A stretch of 64,000 bases of DNA, taken from Acidobacteriota bacterium (GTDB lineage Bacteria > Acidobacteriota > Polarisedimenticolia > J045). The stretch covers positions 6,855 through 70,854 of the forward strand of contig JAUZRX010000063.1 in the NCBI GenBank assembly GCA_030949985.1. Reading direction: 5' to 3'. This document shows positions 45,034 through 55,057 of this stretch, piece after piece. The position numbers and the translations under genes were made by a program. How positions within the stretch are numbered: the first letter of the stretch is position 1; every line of letters starts with the position of its first letter. The notes beneath the pieces are model-generated. The model saw only the letters and a program-made list of their open reading frames with translations, was not told where the DNA came from and searched no databases.

Positions 45034-46143
45034 CTATCTCCGGCCCCGTACGGGGGCTCCGCCGCCGAGTGCTCCAACGCCGCGGTTGATCATTTCCTGC
45101 AGTTCCTCCGGGTTGTGCGAAACATCGAGGGCGACCTGCATCGAGATCTGGCGACGGAAATAGAGCGTGGCGAGAGATTGGTTGAAGGTTTGCATGCCGT
45201 GCTGGGCCTGCCCGGTCTGCATCATGGAGTAGATCTGGTGGACCTTGTCTTCCCGGATCAAGTTCCTGATCGCGGAATTCGGCACGAGGATCTCCATCGC
45301 CAGCACCCGTGCGCGTCCGTTGACGTGCGGCAGCAGCGACTGACAGAGGATGCCTTCGAGCACGAGGGAAAGCTGGGACCGAACCTGCGGCTGCTGATTG
45401 GCGGGAAAGACGTCGATAATGCGATTGATCGTCTGCGAAGCCGAATTGGTGTGCAGGGTCGCGAAGGTCAGGTGTCCCGTCTCGGCGATGCGCAGCGCGC
45501 ACTCGATCGTCTCCAGGTCACGCATCTCACCGATCAGAACCACGTCCGGATCTTGCCGCAGCACGGACCGCAACGCGTTGGGAAAGGACTTGGTATCCGC
45601 TCCCAGTTCGCGCTGGTTGACCAGGCAGCGCTTGTGGGAGTGCAGGTACTCGACAGGATCCTCGATGGTGACGATATGGGCCTGGCGCTCCCGGTTGATC
45701 TTGTCGATCATCGCCGCCAGGGTCGTACTCTTACCCGATCCGGTGGGTCCGGTGACGAGCACCAGCCCGCGGGGCCGGTCGGCAAGGGTCGCGATGACCT
45801 CCGGCAGGCCGAGTTCCTGGAAGGACTTGATCTCCCAGGGGATCGTGCGGAAGGCCGCCGCCACGGCGCCTCGCTGGAGGAAGACATTGGCCCGGAAACG
45901 AGCCAGGCCTTTCATCCCGAAGGAAAAGTCCAGTTCCAGGTTGTCCTCGAAACGGTGCTTCTGCTGGTCGGTCATCACCGAGTAGACGAGGGCCTTGGTC
46001 TCGGCGGCATTGAGGGCCGGCATCTGCAAGGGTACGAGCAGGCCGTGAATCCGGATCTGGGGCGGCGAATTGGTCGTGATGTGGAGATCGGTACCCCCCT
46101 GTTCGACCATCGTCTTGAGCAACTGCTGCAGCGATACAGCCAC
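45034..46143 (-). CDS. pilT: Twitching-motility retraction ATPase PilT
   Basis: GTG start with GAGGAG RBS. GLVLVTGPTGSGKSTT Walker A. …AHIVTIEDPVE…, AIRNLIREDK and GMQTF PilT signatures. 369 aa. Confidence 0.9.
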   Translation of the reverse strand: MAVSLQQLLKTMVEQGGTDLHITTNSPPQIRIHGLLVPLQMPALNAAETKALVYSVMTDQQKHRFEDNLELDFSFGMKGLARFRANVFLQRGAVAAAFRTIPWEIKSFQELGLPEVIATLADRPRGLVLVTGPTGSGKSTTLAAMIDKINRERQAHIVTIEDPVEYLHSHKRCLVNQRELGADTKSFPNALRSVLRQDPDVVLIGEMRDLETIECALRIAETGHLTFATLHTNSASQTINRIIDVFPANQQPQVRSQLSLVLEGILCQSLLPHVNGRARVLAMEILVPNSAIRNLIREDKVHQIYSMMQTGQAQHGMQTFNQSLATLYFRRQISMQVALDVSHNPEELQEMINRGVGALGGGAPVRGRR

Positions 46144-46188
46144 CTTCGTCTCCTCACTCCCCCGGGGCCCGGGGCACGCCGTACGCCA

Positions 46189-47922
46189 TCAGAACACCGT
46201 CTCCCGGACGACCTCATCGATCGTGGTCATGCCTGCCGCGATTTTTCGCAGGCCCGAACGACGGAGGGTGATCATGCCTTCCTCAACCGCCTGGCGCTTG
46301 AGTTCCAGCGCGCTGCATCCGGTGAGGATCATTTCGCGAATCTCCTCCGAGACTTCCAGAACCTCGAAGAGTCCGACCCGTCCCTTGTAGCCCGTGTTGT
46401 TGCAGGTCGGGCAACCGCGTCCCTTCAGCGGCGTGCAGGTCTCGGCCTCCTCCGGGGTGAACCCGATGTCGATCAGCGCCTGGGGCGGGATCTGCTGCTC
46501 CTGTCGGCAGTCCTTGCAGACCCGCCGCACGAGGCGCTGAGCACAGATCAGGTTGACGCTCGTAGCCACGAGGAAGGGCTCGATGCCCATGTTCATCAGG
46601 CGATTGATCGTCGAGGGCGCATCGTTGGTATGCAGGGTCGAGAGCACGAGATGGCCGGTCAGGGCGGCCTTGACCGCGATTTCGGCGGTTTCGAAGTCAC
46701 GGATCTCACCGATCAGGATGATGTCGGGGTCTTGCCGCAGAAAGGATCGCAGGGCCTCGGCGAAGGTCAGGCCGATCTGCTCCTTGGTCTGGACCTGGTT
46801 GATCCCGTGGAGATTGAACTCCACCGGATCTTCCGCCGTCATGATGTTGGTCTCGGGCTTGTTGATTCTGCTGATCGAGGAATAGAGAGTGTTCGTCTTA
46901 CCGGACCCGGTGGGCCCGGTCACCAGGACCATGCCCCAGGGCTTGAGGATCGCCCGCTCGAAGGCCTCGAAAGACTCGTCCTCGAACCCCAGCTTGGTCA
47001 GGTCGAGACAGAGATTTTCCTTGTCCAGCAGACGAAGCACGACCTTTTCGCCGAAGAGCGTGGGGACGCAGGAGACACGGTAGTCCATCTCGCGCGTCCG
47101 GTCGTCGAGCTTCATCTTGATCTTGATTCGACCGTCCTGGGGCAGTCGACGCTCGGCGATATCGAGCTTGGACATGATCTTGATGCGGCTGATGATCGCG
47201 TCTTTCAGCTTGGCCGGGGGATGCATGTATTCGTGGAGCACGCCGTCGATGCGGAAACGGACGCGGAAGTCCTTCTCGTAACTCTCCACGTGGATGTCCG
47301 AAACCCCCTTGTGGATCGCATCGACCAGGATGCGGTTGACGATCTTGACCACCGGCGCGTCGGCGCTGAGGTTCTCGAGGCTCGAAGCGTCGATCTCGTC
47401 CTCGTCGGCCATCAGCTCGACGTCTTCTTCGTCGGGCCCGGTCAACTCGAACTCTTCGTCGGCCTCGTTGGTTTCGAAGAGGTCCAGGCGCTTTTCTTCG
47501 TAGGAATGCTCGATCGCCTCGCGCAGGGCGAACTCGCTGGCCAGTACAGGCTCCACCTCGCATCCCGTCCTGAAACGGATGTCATCGAGGGCCACCACGT
47601 TGGTCGGATCCGCCATGGCGAGGGTCAGGATGTTGCCCGTCTTGTGTACCGGGAAGACCAGGTAGCGCCCGGCGATGTCTTCCGGGATCAGGTCGAGCAG
47701 GTCACGGTCGACGTGGGGAAAGAGGCTCCGCAGGTCGATGGCCGGGATGCCGTACTGCTCAGAGAGGAGGTGGACGAGATCTTCCTCGCTCACCGCGCCG
47801 GTCTGAACCAGGTGGTAACCCAGCTTACCCCCCTCGGCCTTCTGGCGTTCAAGGGCTTCAGCCAGGGCCTCCCGGGTTAACAGCCCTTCGCTGAGCAGCA
47901 GATCTCCGATGCGATCCGACAT
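46189..47922 (-). CDS. pilB: Type IV pilus extension ATPase PilB
   Basis: N-terminal MshEN-like domain, GMVLVTGPTGSGKTNT Walker A, tetracysteine CKDC…CPTC. ATG at 47922 (MSDRIG); the frame opens at TTG 47928. Confidence 0.9.
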   Translation of the reverse strand: MSDRIGDLLLSEGLLTREALAEALERQKAEGGKLGYHLVQTGAVSEEDLVHLLSEQYGIPAIDLRSLFPHVDRDLLDLIPEDIAGRYLVFPVHKTGNILTLAMADPTNVVALDDIRFRTGCEVEPVLASEFALREAIEHSYEEKRLDLFETNEADEEFELTGPDEEDVELMADEDEIDASSLENLSADAPVVKIVNRILVDAIHKGVSDIHVESYEKDFRVRFRIDGVLHEYMHPPAKLKDAIISRIKIMSKLDIAERRLPQDGRIKIKMKLDDRTREMDYRVSCVPTLFGEKVVLRLLDKENLCLDLTKLGFEDESFEAFERAILKPWGMVLVTGPTGSGKTNTLYSSISRINKPETNIMTAEDPVEFNLHGINQVQTKEQIGLTFAEALRSFLRQDPDIILIGEIRDFETAEIAVKAALTGHLVLSTLHTNDAPSTINRLMNMGIEPFLVATSVNLICAQRLVRRVCKDCRQEQQIPPQALIDIGFTPEEAETCTPLKGRGCPTCNNTGYKGRVGLFEVLEVSEEIREMILTGCSALELKRQAVEEGMITLRRSGLRKIAAGMTTIDEVVRETVF

Positions 47923-48111
47923 CCGCAACCGGCTCCTTTGCGGCCGCGCGGCGCGCGCGCCCGGTCACCGGCGACACCCCTGCCGCCAGGCAACACCTTC
48001 GGGAAGCTCCGGAGTCAAACTTGTGTGCCGGTCGGGAAAGGGTCAAGGCGGGAATGGCGGGGATCTCGCGGAATCGGGAGACAGCGGGGCGGGGCGCTCG
48101 ACTTTCGCCGA

Positions 48112-49470
48112 CTATGCGCCCCGCGCTTTCCGGCGCGCGAGGAACTCCTCCATGAAACGGGTGGAGAAATCGCCGTCCCGGAACCCGGGTTCCGCCACCA
48201 GCTCCTTGAGCAGGGGCAGATTGGTCGTGATGCCTTCGATCACGAAGAAGTCCAGGGCCCGGCCAAGGCGGGAGAGCGCCTCGTCGCGATCCCGGCCGCG
48301 CACGATCAGCTTGGCGATCATCGAGTCGTAGTGCGGCGAGACCTGGTAGCCGGCGTAGGCCGCGGTATCGATGCGGACTCCAGGCCCCCCGGGAGGATGG
48401 AAGGTCGTAATCGGCCCGGGACAGGGGCGGAAGGTCCAGGGGTCCTCCGCCGTCACCCGGGCTTCGATGCTCCACCCGCGAGGCTCGAGATCGTCCTGGC
48501 CATAGCCCAGGGGCTCCCCGGCCGCGATACGGATCTGCTCCTTGAGAAGATCGAGACCGGCGACGTTCTCCGTCACGGGGTGTTCGACCTGGATCCGCGT
48601 GTTCATCTCCATGAAATAGAACGAACGGTCTTCGTCGAGCAGGAATTCCACGGTACCCGCGTTCTGGTATTCCACCGCCCGGGCGGCCTGCACCGCGGCA
48701 CGCCCCATCTCGACCCGCAGGGCCTCGTCGAGCGCCGGAGAGGGGGCCTCCTCGATCACCTTCTGGTGGCGCCGCTGGAGCGAGCACTCCCGTTCGAAGA
48801 GGTGAACGATATTCCCGTGCAGGTCCCCGAGGATCTGGAACTCGATGTGGCGCGGCCGGACGATGAATTTCTCGAGATACAGCTCTCCCGAACCGAAGCC
48901 GGCCAGAGCCTCGGACCGACAGGTCTCGACGGCGCTTTCCAGGTCCTCCGGCCTTTCGACGACCCGCATCCCCCGACCGCCGCCCCCGGCCGCCGCCTTG
49001 ACGATCACCGGATAGCCGATTGCCTTGGCCAGCTCCGCCGCCTCCTCGAAAGACTCGAGGGTTCCCCGGCTGCCGGGAATCACGGGCACACCGGCGCTGA
49101 TCATCGCGGCCCGTGCCGCGGCCTTGTCGCCCATCTGCCGAATCGTCGCCGCCTGGGGTCCGATGAAGCTCAGGCCGCACTCGGCGCAAATCTCGGCGAA
49201 GTGCGGATTCTCGGCGAGAAAGCCATAGCCGGGGTGGATCGCATCGGCACCGGTGATCTCGGCAGCCGAGATGATGGCCCCGATGTTGAGGTAAGAGTCG
49301 GTCGACCGGGCAGGACCGATACACACGTCCTCGTCGGCGAAACGGACGTGGAGCGAATCCTGGTCGGCGTCGCTGTGCACCGCCACGGTGCGAATGCCCA
49401 GTTCCTTGCAGGCCCAAATGATCCGCAGCGCAATCTCGCCGCGGTTGGCGATGAGTATCTTCTCGAACAT
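48112..49470 (-). CDS. accC: Acetyl-CoA carboxylase biotin carboxylase subunit
   Basis: [17 protein letters not shown]…, ATP-grasp, …[14 protein letters not shown]…. 452 aa. Confidence 0.9.
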   Translation of the reverse strand: MFEKILIANRGEIALRIIWACKELGIRTVAVHSDADQDSLHVRFADEDVCIGPARSTDSYLNIGAIISAAEITGADAIHPGYGFLAENPHFAEICAECGLSFIGPQAATIRQMGDKAAARAAMISAGVPVIPGSRGTLESFEEAAELAKAIGYPVIVKAAAGGGGRGMRVVERPEDLESAVETCRSEALAGFGSGELYLEKFIVRPRHIEFQILGDLHGNIVHLFERECSLQRRHQKVIEEAPSPALDEALRVEMGRAAVQAARAVEYQNAGTVEFLLDEDRSFYFMEMNTRIQVEHPVTENVAGLDLLKEQIRIAAGEPLGYGQDDLEPRGWSIEARVTAEDPWTFRPCPGPITTFHPPGGPGVRIDTAAYAGYQVSPHYDSMIAKLIVRGRDRDEALSRLGRALDFFVIEGITTNLPLLKELVAEPGFRDGDFSTRFMEEFLARRKARGA

Positions 49471-49479
49471 GGTCGTCGT

Positions 49480-49947
<468 letters not shown>

Positions 49948-50057
49948 CTCTTCCTCCGCTTTCTCCCTCCACCCGATTCCCGTCGGGTGGCAAGGCCAGG
50001 AAAAAGGCACCCGGTGTCAGGGTGCCGCGGGGATTGTGGCCGAGCGATTCGAGCGGG

Positions 50058-50471
50058 TCAACCCGGGCCTGAGGCTGCGGCGGGCCCGAGACGGTCGGCG
50101 AGGCGACCGGCGAGGACCCGGCCCGCCAGCCTCATACGTCCCAGATAGGGTTCCGGGCCCGCATCGAGAACCAGCACCAGCCCCACCGAGGGGACCCGGC
50201 GCAGCACGGCGATCCCGCCGCTACCGGTGACGATCACCTCCTCGCTGTCACCGATCCGGGCCGCGCGCAGAAGACCGGCCGCCGCCGCCATCCCTCCCAG
50301 GGCCTCGGCGCCCAGCTCTTCCAGGTCGCCGTCCAGGGCGGGATCGAAGCAGGCTCCGTCGACGAGTACGCCGTCCAGGTCGACCAGCACGGCACGGCGA
50401 ACGCCCGGGCACAGGCGGGCGGCGTCAGCCAGCAGCGAAGCCAGCTCCCCCCCTGTCATCGTCGTCACCAT
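50058..50471 (-). CDS. Roadblock/LC7-domain protein (MglB-like)
   Basis: 137 aa. …LVDLDGVLVDGACFD…SEEVIVTGSGGIAVLRRVPSVGLVLVLDA… alpha-beta-beta-alpha-beta roadblock fold pattern. ATG at 50471. Confidence 0.65.
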   Translation of the reverse strand: MVTTMTGGELASLLADAARLCPGVRRAVLVDLDGVLVDGACFDPALDGDLEELGAEALGGMAAAAGLLRAARIGDSEEVIVTGSGGIAVLRRVPSVGLVLVLDAGPEPYLGRMRLAGRVLAGRLADRLGPAAASGPG

Positions 50472-50489
50472 GGGCCGGGCCCCGTCACG

Positions 50490-51044
50490 TCACTGGGTGC
50501 CGCAGCTCGTCGCCGTCTCCACCGGCACCTGCCCACGAGCCGTCATCGGTTCGCCGCTGGCATCCTCGCCGCGGAAGACCAGGTCGATCCTCCCGCGCTC
50601 ACCGAGACTGAAGAACCCGGCCGCGATATCCGTGGCCAGCACCGTGGTCAGCTCCTGGCTCGCCGTGCCCCCGGCAGGGACGGTGATGGTCACCGATTCG
50701 CTGCGGTCGGGCGGCGCGCTCCCATCGAGGATGTAGTTGATGTCGACCGACGAAAAGATCACGTCGTTCCAGGCACCGCCGGCCTGCCCCCGCAGACGTG
50801 AGTCGAAGTTGATGGTCTGCGTCACGGAAGAATAGACCGTGGTTTCCTTGGTCCCGTCGCCATCCAGATCGACCAGCTCGCCGTCCACGTCGACGCAGGC
50901 AGTGAGCGGATTGACGCTGGATACGGTCACGACGTTCTCCGACACGCCCGGATCGTCCGTCGCGTTGTTGCAGGCCACCGCCGTCAGCACGACCACCAGG
51001 CCCAAAGCCGCCAGCGGCGACCAGACTCTCAGCTTTTCCATCAT
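50490..51044 (-). CDS. Small beta-rich lipoprotein encoded at the 3' end of the pilMNOPQ operon
   Basis: Frame opens at TTG 51065, which overlaps the pilQ stop. ATG at 51044 with GGAG RBS gives MMEKLRVWSPLAALGLVVVLTAVAC|NNATDD (signal peptide plus lipobox-like AVAC). Mature part is Thr/Ser/Val-rich. Confidence 0.6.
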   Translation of the reverse strand: MMEKLRVWSPLAALGLVVVLTAVACNNATDDPGVSENVVTVSSVNPLTACVDVDGELVDLDGDGTKETTVYSSVTQTINFDSRLRGQAGGAWNDVIFSSVDINYILDGSAPPDRSESVTITVPAGGTASQELTTVLATDIAAGFFSLGERGRIDLVFRGEDASGEPMTARGQVPVETATSCGTQ

Positions 51045-51061
51045 GGTGCCCGTCTCCATCC

Positions 51062-53338
51062 TCAAGAGGCCTTGATGATCCGCGGCGTGATGAAAATCAG
51101 CAGCTCGCGGTTGCGCGTCTGAATATTCTTCGAGCGGAACAGCCAGCCGAGTCCCGGCAGCTTGCGGAACCAGGGAACGCCCGTTTCACTCCGCCCCTCG
51201 TTGACCGTGAAGATACCGCCGATCACGGTCGTTCCGCCGTCTCCGATCAGGACCTTGGTCGTCGCCCGTTGGGTGTTGATGGCAGGCACTTCGCCAACGG
51301 TGTTGACGAAGTCCGGCGAGTTGTTCTCGACCTCGATCTCCAGCACCACTGTTCCCTCGGCCGTGATCTGGGGCGTGACCTCGAGCCGCAGCGAAGCCGA
51401 GACGAAGCGCACGTCGATCTCCGTGGCCGTGGTGCTGACCACCGGGATGCGCACACCCTGCTCGATCTCCGCCATCTCGTTGTTCTGAGTGGCGATCTTC
51501 GGGCTCGACAGCCGTCGGGCGTAGCCTTCGGTCTCGAGAGCGTCGAGAGTGATGTCCAGCGTCACCGAATCCAGCACGTTGCCGAAGGAGAACCCGAGGG
51601 CCGAGGCCGCGGGGTTACGTGCCAGGTTCAGGTCGAAGGCCCCGGCGGCCCGATGTGGAAACTGAAGGTTGGTCTGCGTTCCATTCCCCGGATCCGCCGC
51701 AGCGAAGAGACCCCAGCGAACGCCCAGATCTTTGACGAAGTCCCGGGAGACCTCGACGATGCGGGCCTCGATCATGACCTGGGGGGTCTCGGCGTCGAGG
51801 GTCGTGAGCAGCTTGTCGATCGCCTCGACACGGGTGGGAATGTCACGAATGATCAGGGTATTGGTCCGCTCATCGACGATCACCCGGCCCTTGCGGCTGA
51901 GAATGCCGTCCCGCACCACGGCCTGGACCTCCTTGGCCTTGGCGTAGGAGAGGGTCCGCGTGATGGTGACCGGCGGAACTTCAAGCTCCTTGGCCTCGAA
52001 CAGGGCCTTGCGCGCCGCCGATTCCTGGGCGAGCTTGGAGATCGGCGCAATCCGGATCACGTTGCCCTCGAGCACCATGTCCAGGCCGTTGTTCTTGAGA
52101 ATCAGGTCGAGGGCCTGGTCCCAGGGGACATCGTCGACAACGATGGTCACGACCCCCGACACGGCGGGATCCAGGACGAAGTTGAGCCCGGAGATGTCAT
52201 GGAAGAGGCTGAAGACCTGCTTGATGTCGGCGTCGATGAGCTGCAGCGAGACTTTGCGCCCGCTGTAGACCCTGCGTGCGTCCTCGATGGTCTTGGCCTC
52301 GGTATCCGGCAGGGGCACGACCTCGGCCCGACCGGTTTCGACCGGCAACGAGACGGTGTCGTGGCGCGGGGCCTCGACCCGGGTCGCCAGGCCCGCGGCC
52401 TCCTCCACCACCTGGGCGATCTCGGGCTCCTGCCAGGCCGTAGCCGGCGGCGGGGCGGCGGGAAGGCCGGAAGTCGGAGCCGGTTTGGCCACCGGCTCGG
52501 TCAGGGATGGGGTCGCCGGTGATTCCGGCACCGTCCCGGTGGCCGGCTCCGGAACTTCCATCGCCTCGCCGCCCCCGGGGGCCGGCGCGGCAGGCTCGGC
52601 GACAGGAGACGCAGGAGCCTCCAGGCGGACTTCCCGGGGAGCGGGTACCGTCTCCGCTGCGATCGCCATTTCCACCGGGGTTCCCGGCTCCGCATCACTC
52701 GCGGTCGCGTACATCGCCGGATCGGGTTCCGCCCGCGGCGGCTCCGGCACCACGGGCGCCGGCGCCACGGCGCTCGCCAGCGACGCCTCCGGCTCCCCGG
52801 AAGACCCGGGAGCCTCCGAGGGCTGGGCCTGAGTCATCGGCAGAGGGTCGCCCCCCTGGGGACTCACGCGAATCAACAGGTGCGTACCTTCGCGGACGAC
52901 ACTCCACTCCATCGGCTCGAGCAGGTCGAGGACCACCCTCGCCATGGGCGTGGGATCTTCCTGGTACTGGCCCACGCGGACCCGCACCAGGGTGTCACTT
53001 CCGACCTCGAGGCGCTGGCCGGCCTGGGGAGCCACCACGCCGGGCAGATCGAAGACGATCCGATCCGGTCCCGTCAGCGTGAAGACCTGGTAGGCCAGGG
53101 CGCCGTCGGCCTCGAGCCACACCTCGTACATGCCGCCCGAAGTCGGTTCGCTCACCGTCACTTCGCTCAGGCGAGCCGCTGGTGCCAGGCCTTCCGGCAC
53201 CGGTTCCGATGCCAGCAGAGGCGGGCGATCGTCGTAGGCGTCACCGCTCATGCCCATCACGGCCGGTGCCGCAAAGGCGATGGCGATCGTCAATGCCAGG
53301 AACCAACTGGTATGGCCCCGGAGGTAGCCCCTCCTCAT
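51062..53338 (-). CDS. pilQ: Type IV pilus secretin PilQ
   Basis: Signal peptide, AMIN domain, about 180-aa Pro/Ala/Glu-rich linker, N0/N1 domains, secretin core (…VLIGDGGTTVIGGIFTVNEG…ETGVPWFRKLPGLGWLFRSKNIQTRNRELLIFITPRII). 758 aa. Confidence 0.9.
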   Translation of the reverse strand: MRRGYLRGHTSWFLALTIAIAFAAPAVMGMSGDAYDDRPPLLASEPVPEGLAPAARLSEVTVSEPTSGGMYEVWLEADGALAYQVFTLTGPDRIVFDLPGVVAPQAGQRLEVGSDTLVRVRVGQYQEDPTPMARVVLDLLEPMEWSVVREGTHLLIRVSPQGGDPLPMTQAQPSEAPGSSGEPEASLASAVAPAPVVPEPPRAEPDPAMYATASDAEPGTPVEMAIAAETVPAPREVRLEAPASPVAEPAAPAPGGGEAMEVPEPATGTVPESPATPSLTEPVAKPAPTSGLPAAPPPATAWQEPEIAQVVEEAAGLATRVEAPRHDTVSLPVETGRAEVVPLPDTEAKTIEDARRVYSGRKVSLQLIDADIKQVFSLFHDISGLNFVLDPAVSGVVTIVVDDVPWDQALDLILKNNGLDMVLEGNVIRIAPISKLAQESAARKALFEAKELEVPPVTITRTLSYAKAKEVQAVVRDGILSRKGRVIVDERTNTLIIRDIPTRVEAIDKLLTTLDAETPQVMIEARIVEVSRDFVKDLGVRWGLFAAADPGNGTQTNLQFPHRAAGAFDLNLARNPAASALGFSFGNVLDSVTLDITLDALETEGYARRLSSPKIATQNNEMAEIEQGVRIPVVSTTATEIDVRFVSASLRLEVTPQITAEGTVVLEIEVENNSPDFVNTVGEVPAINTQRATTKVLIGDGGTTVIGGIFTVNEGRSETGVPWFRKLPGLGWLFRSKNIQTRNRELLIFITPRIIKAS

Positions 53339-53859
53339 GCTTCATCCTCCTCGACGAGATCCTCGTCCGACGGGTAGAGCCTCTTGATCACGTCCCGATA
53401 TGGCTTGATCCGGCGCGGATCGTCCACATTCTGGCGAAAGACCACGACACCCCGGTCGGGATCGATGGAAAGCACGCGGCCGTCGTAGACCACGTCCCCG
53501 ACGCGCAGCGTGTAGCCGCGATTGTCACTGCCGCTGAACAGGGCCGCCGGATAGCCCCTGGCATCGATCACGATGCCCTTGAGGTCGATCTCCGAGACCA
53601 GCATGCCGGCGATGCCCTTGGGCCGCTTACCCGTCGCAGCCGTCGGCGTCGCGCGGACCAGTGGTTCGAAGGGATCGCGACGGCCGGCGGGATCGTAGGT
53701 GAAGTGCCGTCCGGTAATCACGGACTCGCTGTCCCGCTCGATGCGATCCATCATCGCGTCGTGGCCCTCCCCGGGAGCCGTGGATGGCTGGCCGAAGGCG
53801 GAGACCACGGCCAGAGCGGCCAGTCCAAAAGTCACCAGCGCTGTTGCCCGGCGGATCAT
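53335..53859 (-). CDS. pilP: Pilus assembly lipoprotein PilP
   Basis: ATG at 53859 overlaps the pilO stop. Signal peptide/lipobox region, then …RDPFEPL… and a beta-domain. Stop overlaps the pilQ start (ATGA). Confidence 0.75.
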   Translation of the reverse strand: MIRRATALVTFGLAALAVVSAFGQPSTAPGEGHDAMMDRIERDSESVITGRHFTYDPAGRRDPFEPLVRATPTAATGKRPKGIAGMLVSEIDLKGIVIDARGYPAALFSGSDNRGYTLRVGDVVYDGRVLSIDPDRGVVVFRQNVDDPRRIKPYRDVIKRLYPSDEDLVEEDEA

Positions 53860-54452
53860 CACGGAGCACCTCCTTCGGCAGCCGCGGCATCCTCGCGGAA
53901 GATGAAGGTCTTGGCGACGAACGAGGCCGCGATGGTCGCGGTTCGTACCGAGCGGTTGGTATTGGGGGTGATGCGCACGTTCTCGACGTTGATGATGCGC
54001 GCGTGCTTGCTGACCCGGTCGAAGAACATGCCCAGCTGGTGGTAGGTGCCCACCACGTTCATCCGAATCGGCTGCTCCTTGAGCAGCTCCTGTTCCTGCA
54101 GCGGCTGGGGATTGAACAAACGCAGATCCAGGTTGGCCTGATCGGCGAGGGACTTGATCCACTTGAGCAGATCACCCAGTTCGGGTTCGGTGGGCAGGAT
54201 CGCCTTGAGGTCGGCAAGCTTGAGTTCCAGCGCGGCGATATCACGCTCCAACTCGTCGAGCTTGGCCAGTGCCAGCTTGCCCTGGCGGATCTTGGCCTGC
54301 GTGTCCTCGATCCTGGTGGTCAGGTCCTCGATCTTCGCCTTCTTGGCCGACAGATTGGCCGGGGCCATGGAGTAGCTCAGCCAGATCAAGACGCCGCCGA
54401 CGACGGCAGCCAGGATCAGGTGACCCCACCAGGGCATGTTCTTGAAGTCCAT
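53859..54452 (-). CDS. pilO: Pilus assembly protein PilO
   Basis: MDFKNMPWWGHLILAAVVGGVLIWLSY TM, then a coiled coil, then …VVGTYHQLGMFFDRV…. Starts 2 nt after the pilN stop. Confidence 0.8.
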   Translation of the reverse strand: MDFKNMPWWGHLILAAVVGGVLIWLSYSMAPANLSAKKAKIEDLTTRIEDTQAKIRQGKLALAKLDELERDIAALELKLADLKAILPTEPELGDLLKWIKSLADQANLDLRLFNPQPLQEQELLKEQPIRMNVVGTYHQLGMFFDRVSKHARIINVENVRITPNTNRSVRTATIAASFVAKTFIFREDAAAAEGGAP

Positions 54453-54454
54453 CG

Positions 54455-55057
54455 TCAGCTCCTCGCGCCGGCGTCGTCCGACGATGCGTCCTCGCCGCCG
54501 CTCGCACCCGTGGGGGGGGTAAACCTGCACGACAGCACGAAACTCACGCCCTCGGGAACGCGCTGGGTGGTGCCCATGGTCACGTCGGAGAAGAAGGAGG
54601 AGTCGCGCAGGTTGTTGTAGAAGTTGCTGACAGCATTGAACGTAGTAGCCTTGCCGCGCACCCGGATACCGCCGTCCCGCTCCTCGAGCCCCTCGAGCCA
54701 GAGGAACTCGGGAAGCTGGCGGCTGATCTGGTCGAGCAGGTGGACGGGTACGCGCTGACGACGCTTGAGTTCGGAGATCAGCGCGACACGCTGCTCGAGA
54801 GCGTCCTTCTTGGCCTGCCGCTCGTCGACAGTCCTCAGGGCCTGCTCGACTTCCTTGAGGTCCTCTTCAGCCTGGGCCAGATCCTGCTTGAGGGTCTCGA
54901 TCCGGTTGCCGAGGGTGTACCAGCTGACCCCGATGTAGCCGAAGGTCAGCAGCATCACCACGATCCACACCACACCGATGGTCGAAATCCCGCCGAAGCT
55001 GATCTTCGGGCCTTCCTTGGTCGTCTTGTCTTGCTCGAGCAGGTTGATCCGAATCAT
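54455..55057 (-). CDS. pilN: Pilus assembly protein PilN
   Basis: MIRINLL conserved N-terminus, single TM, coiled coil. 200 aa. Overlaps the pilM stop (ATGA). Confidence 0.85.
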   Translation of the reverse strand: MIRINLLEQDKTTKEGPKISFGGISTIGVVWIVVMLLTFGYIGVSWYTLGNRIETLKQDLAQAEEDLKEVEQALRTVDERQAKKDALEQRVALISELKRRQRVPVHLLDQISRQLPEFLWLEGLEERDGGIRVRGKATTFNAVSNFYNNLRDSSFFSDVTMGTTQRVPEGVSFVLSCRFTPPTGASGGEDASSDDAGARS

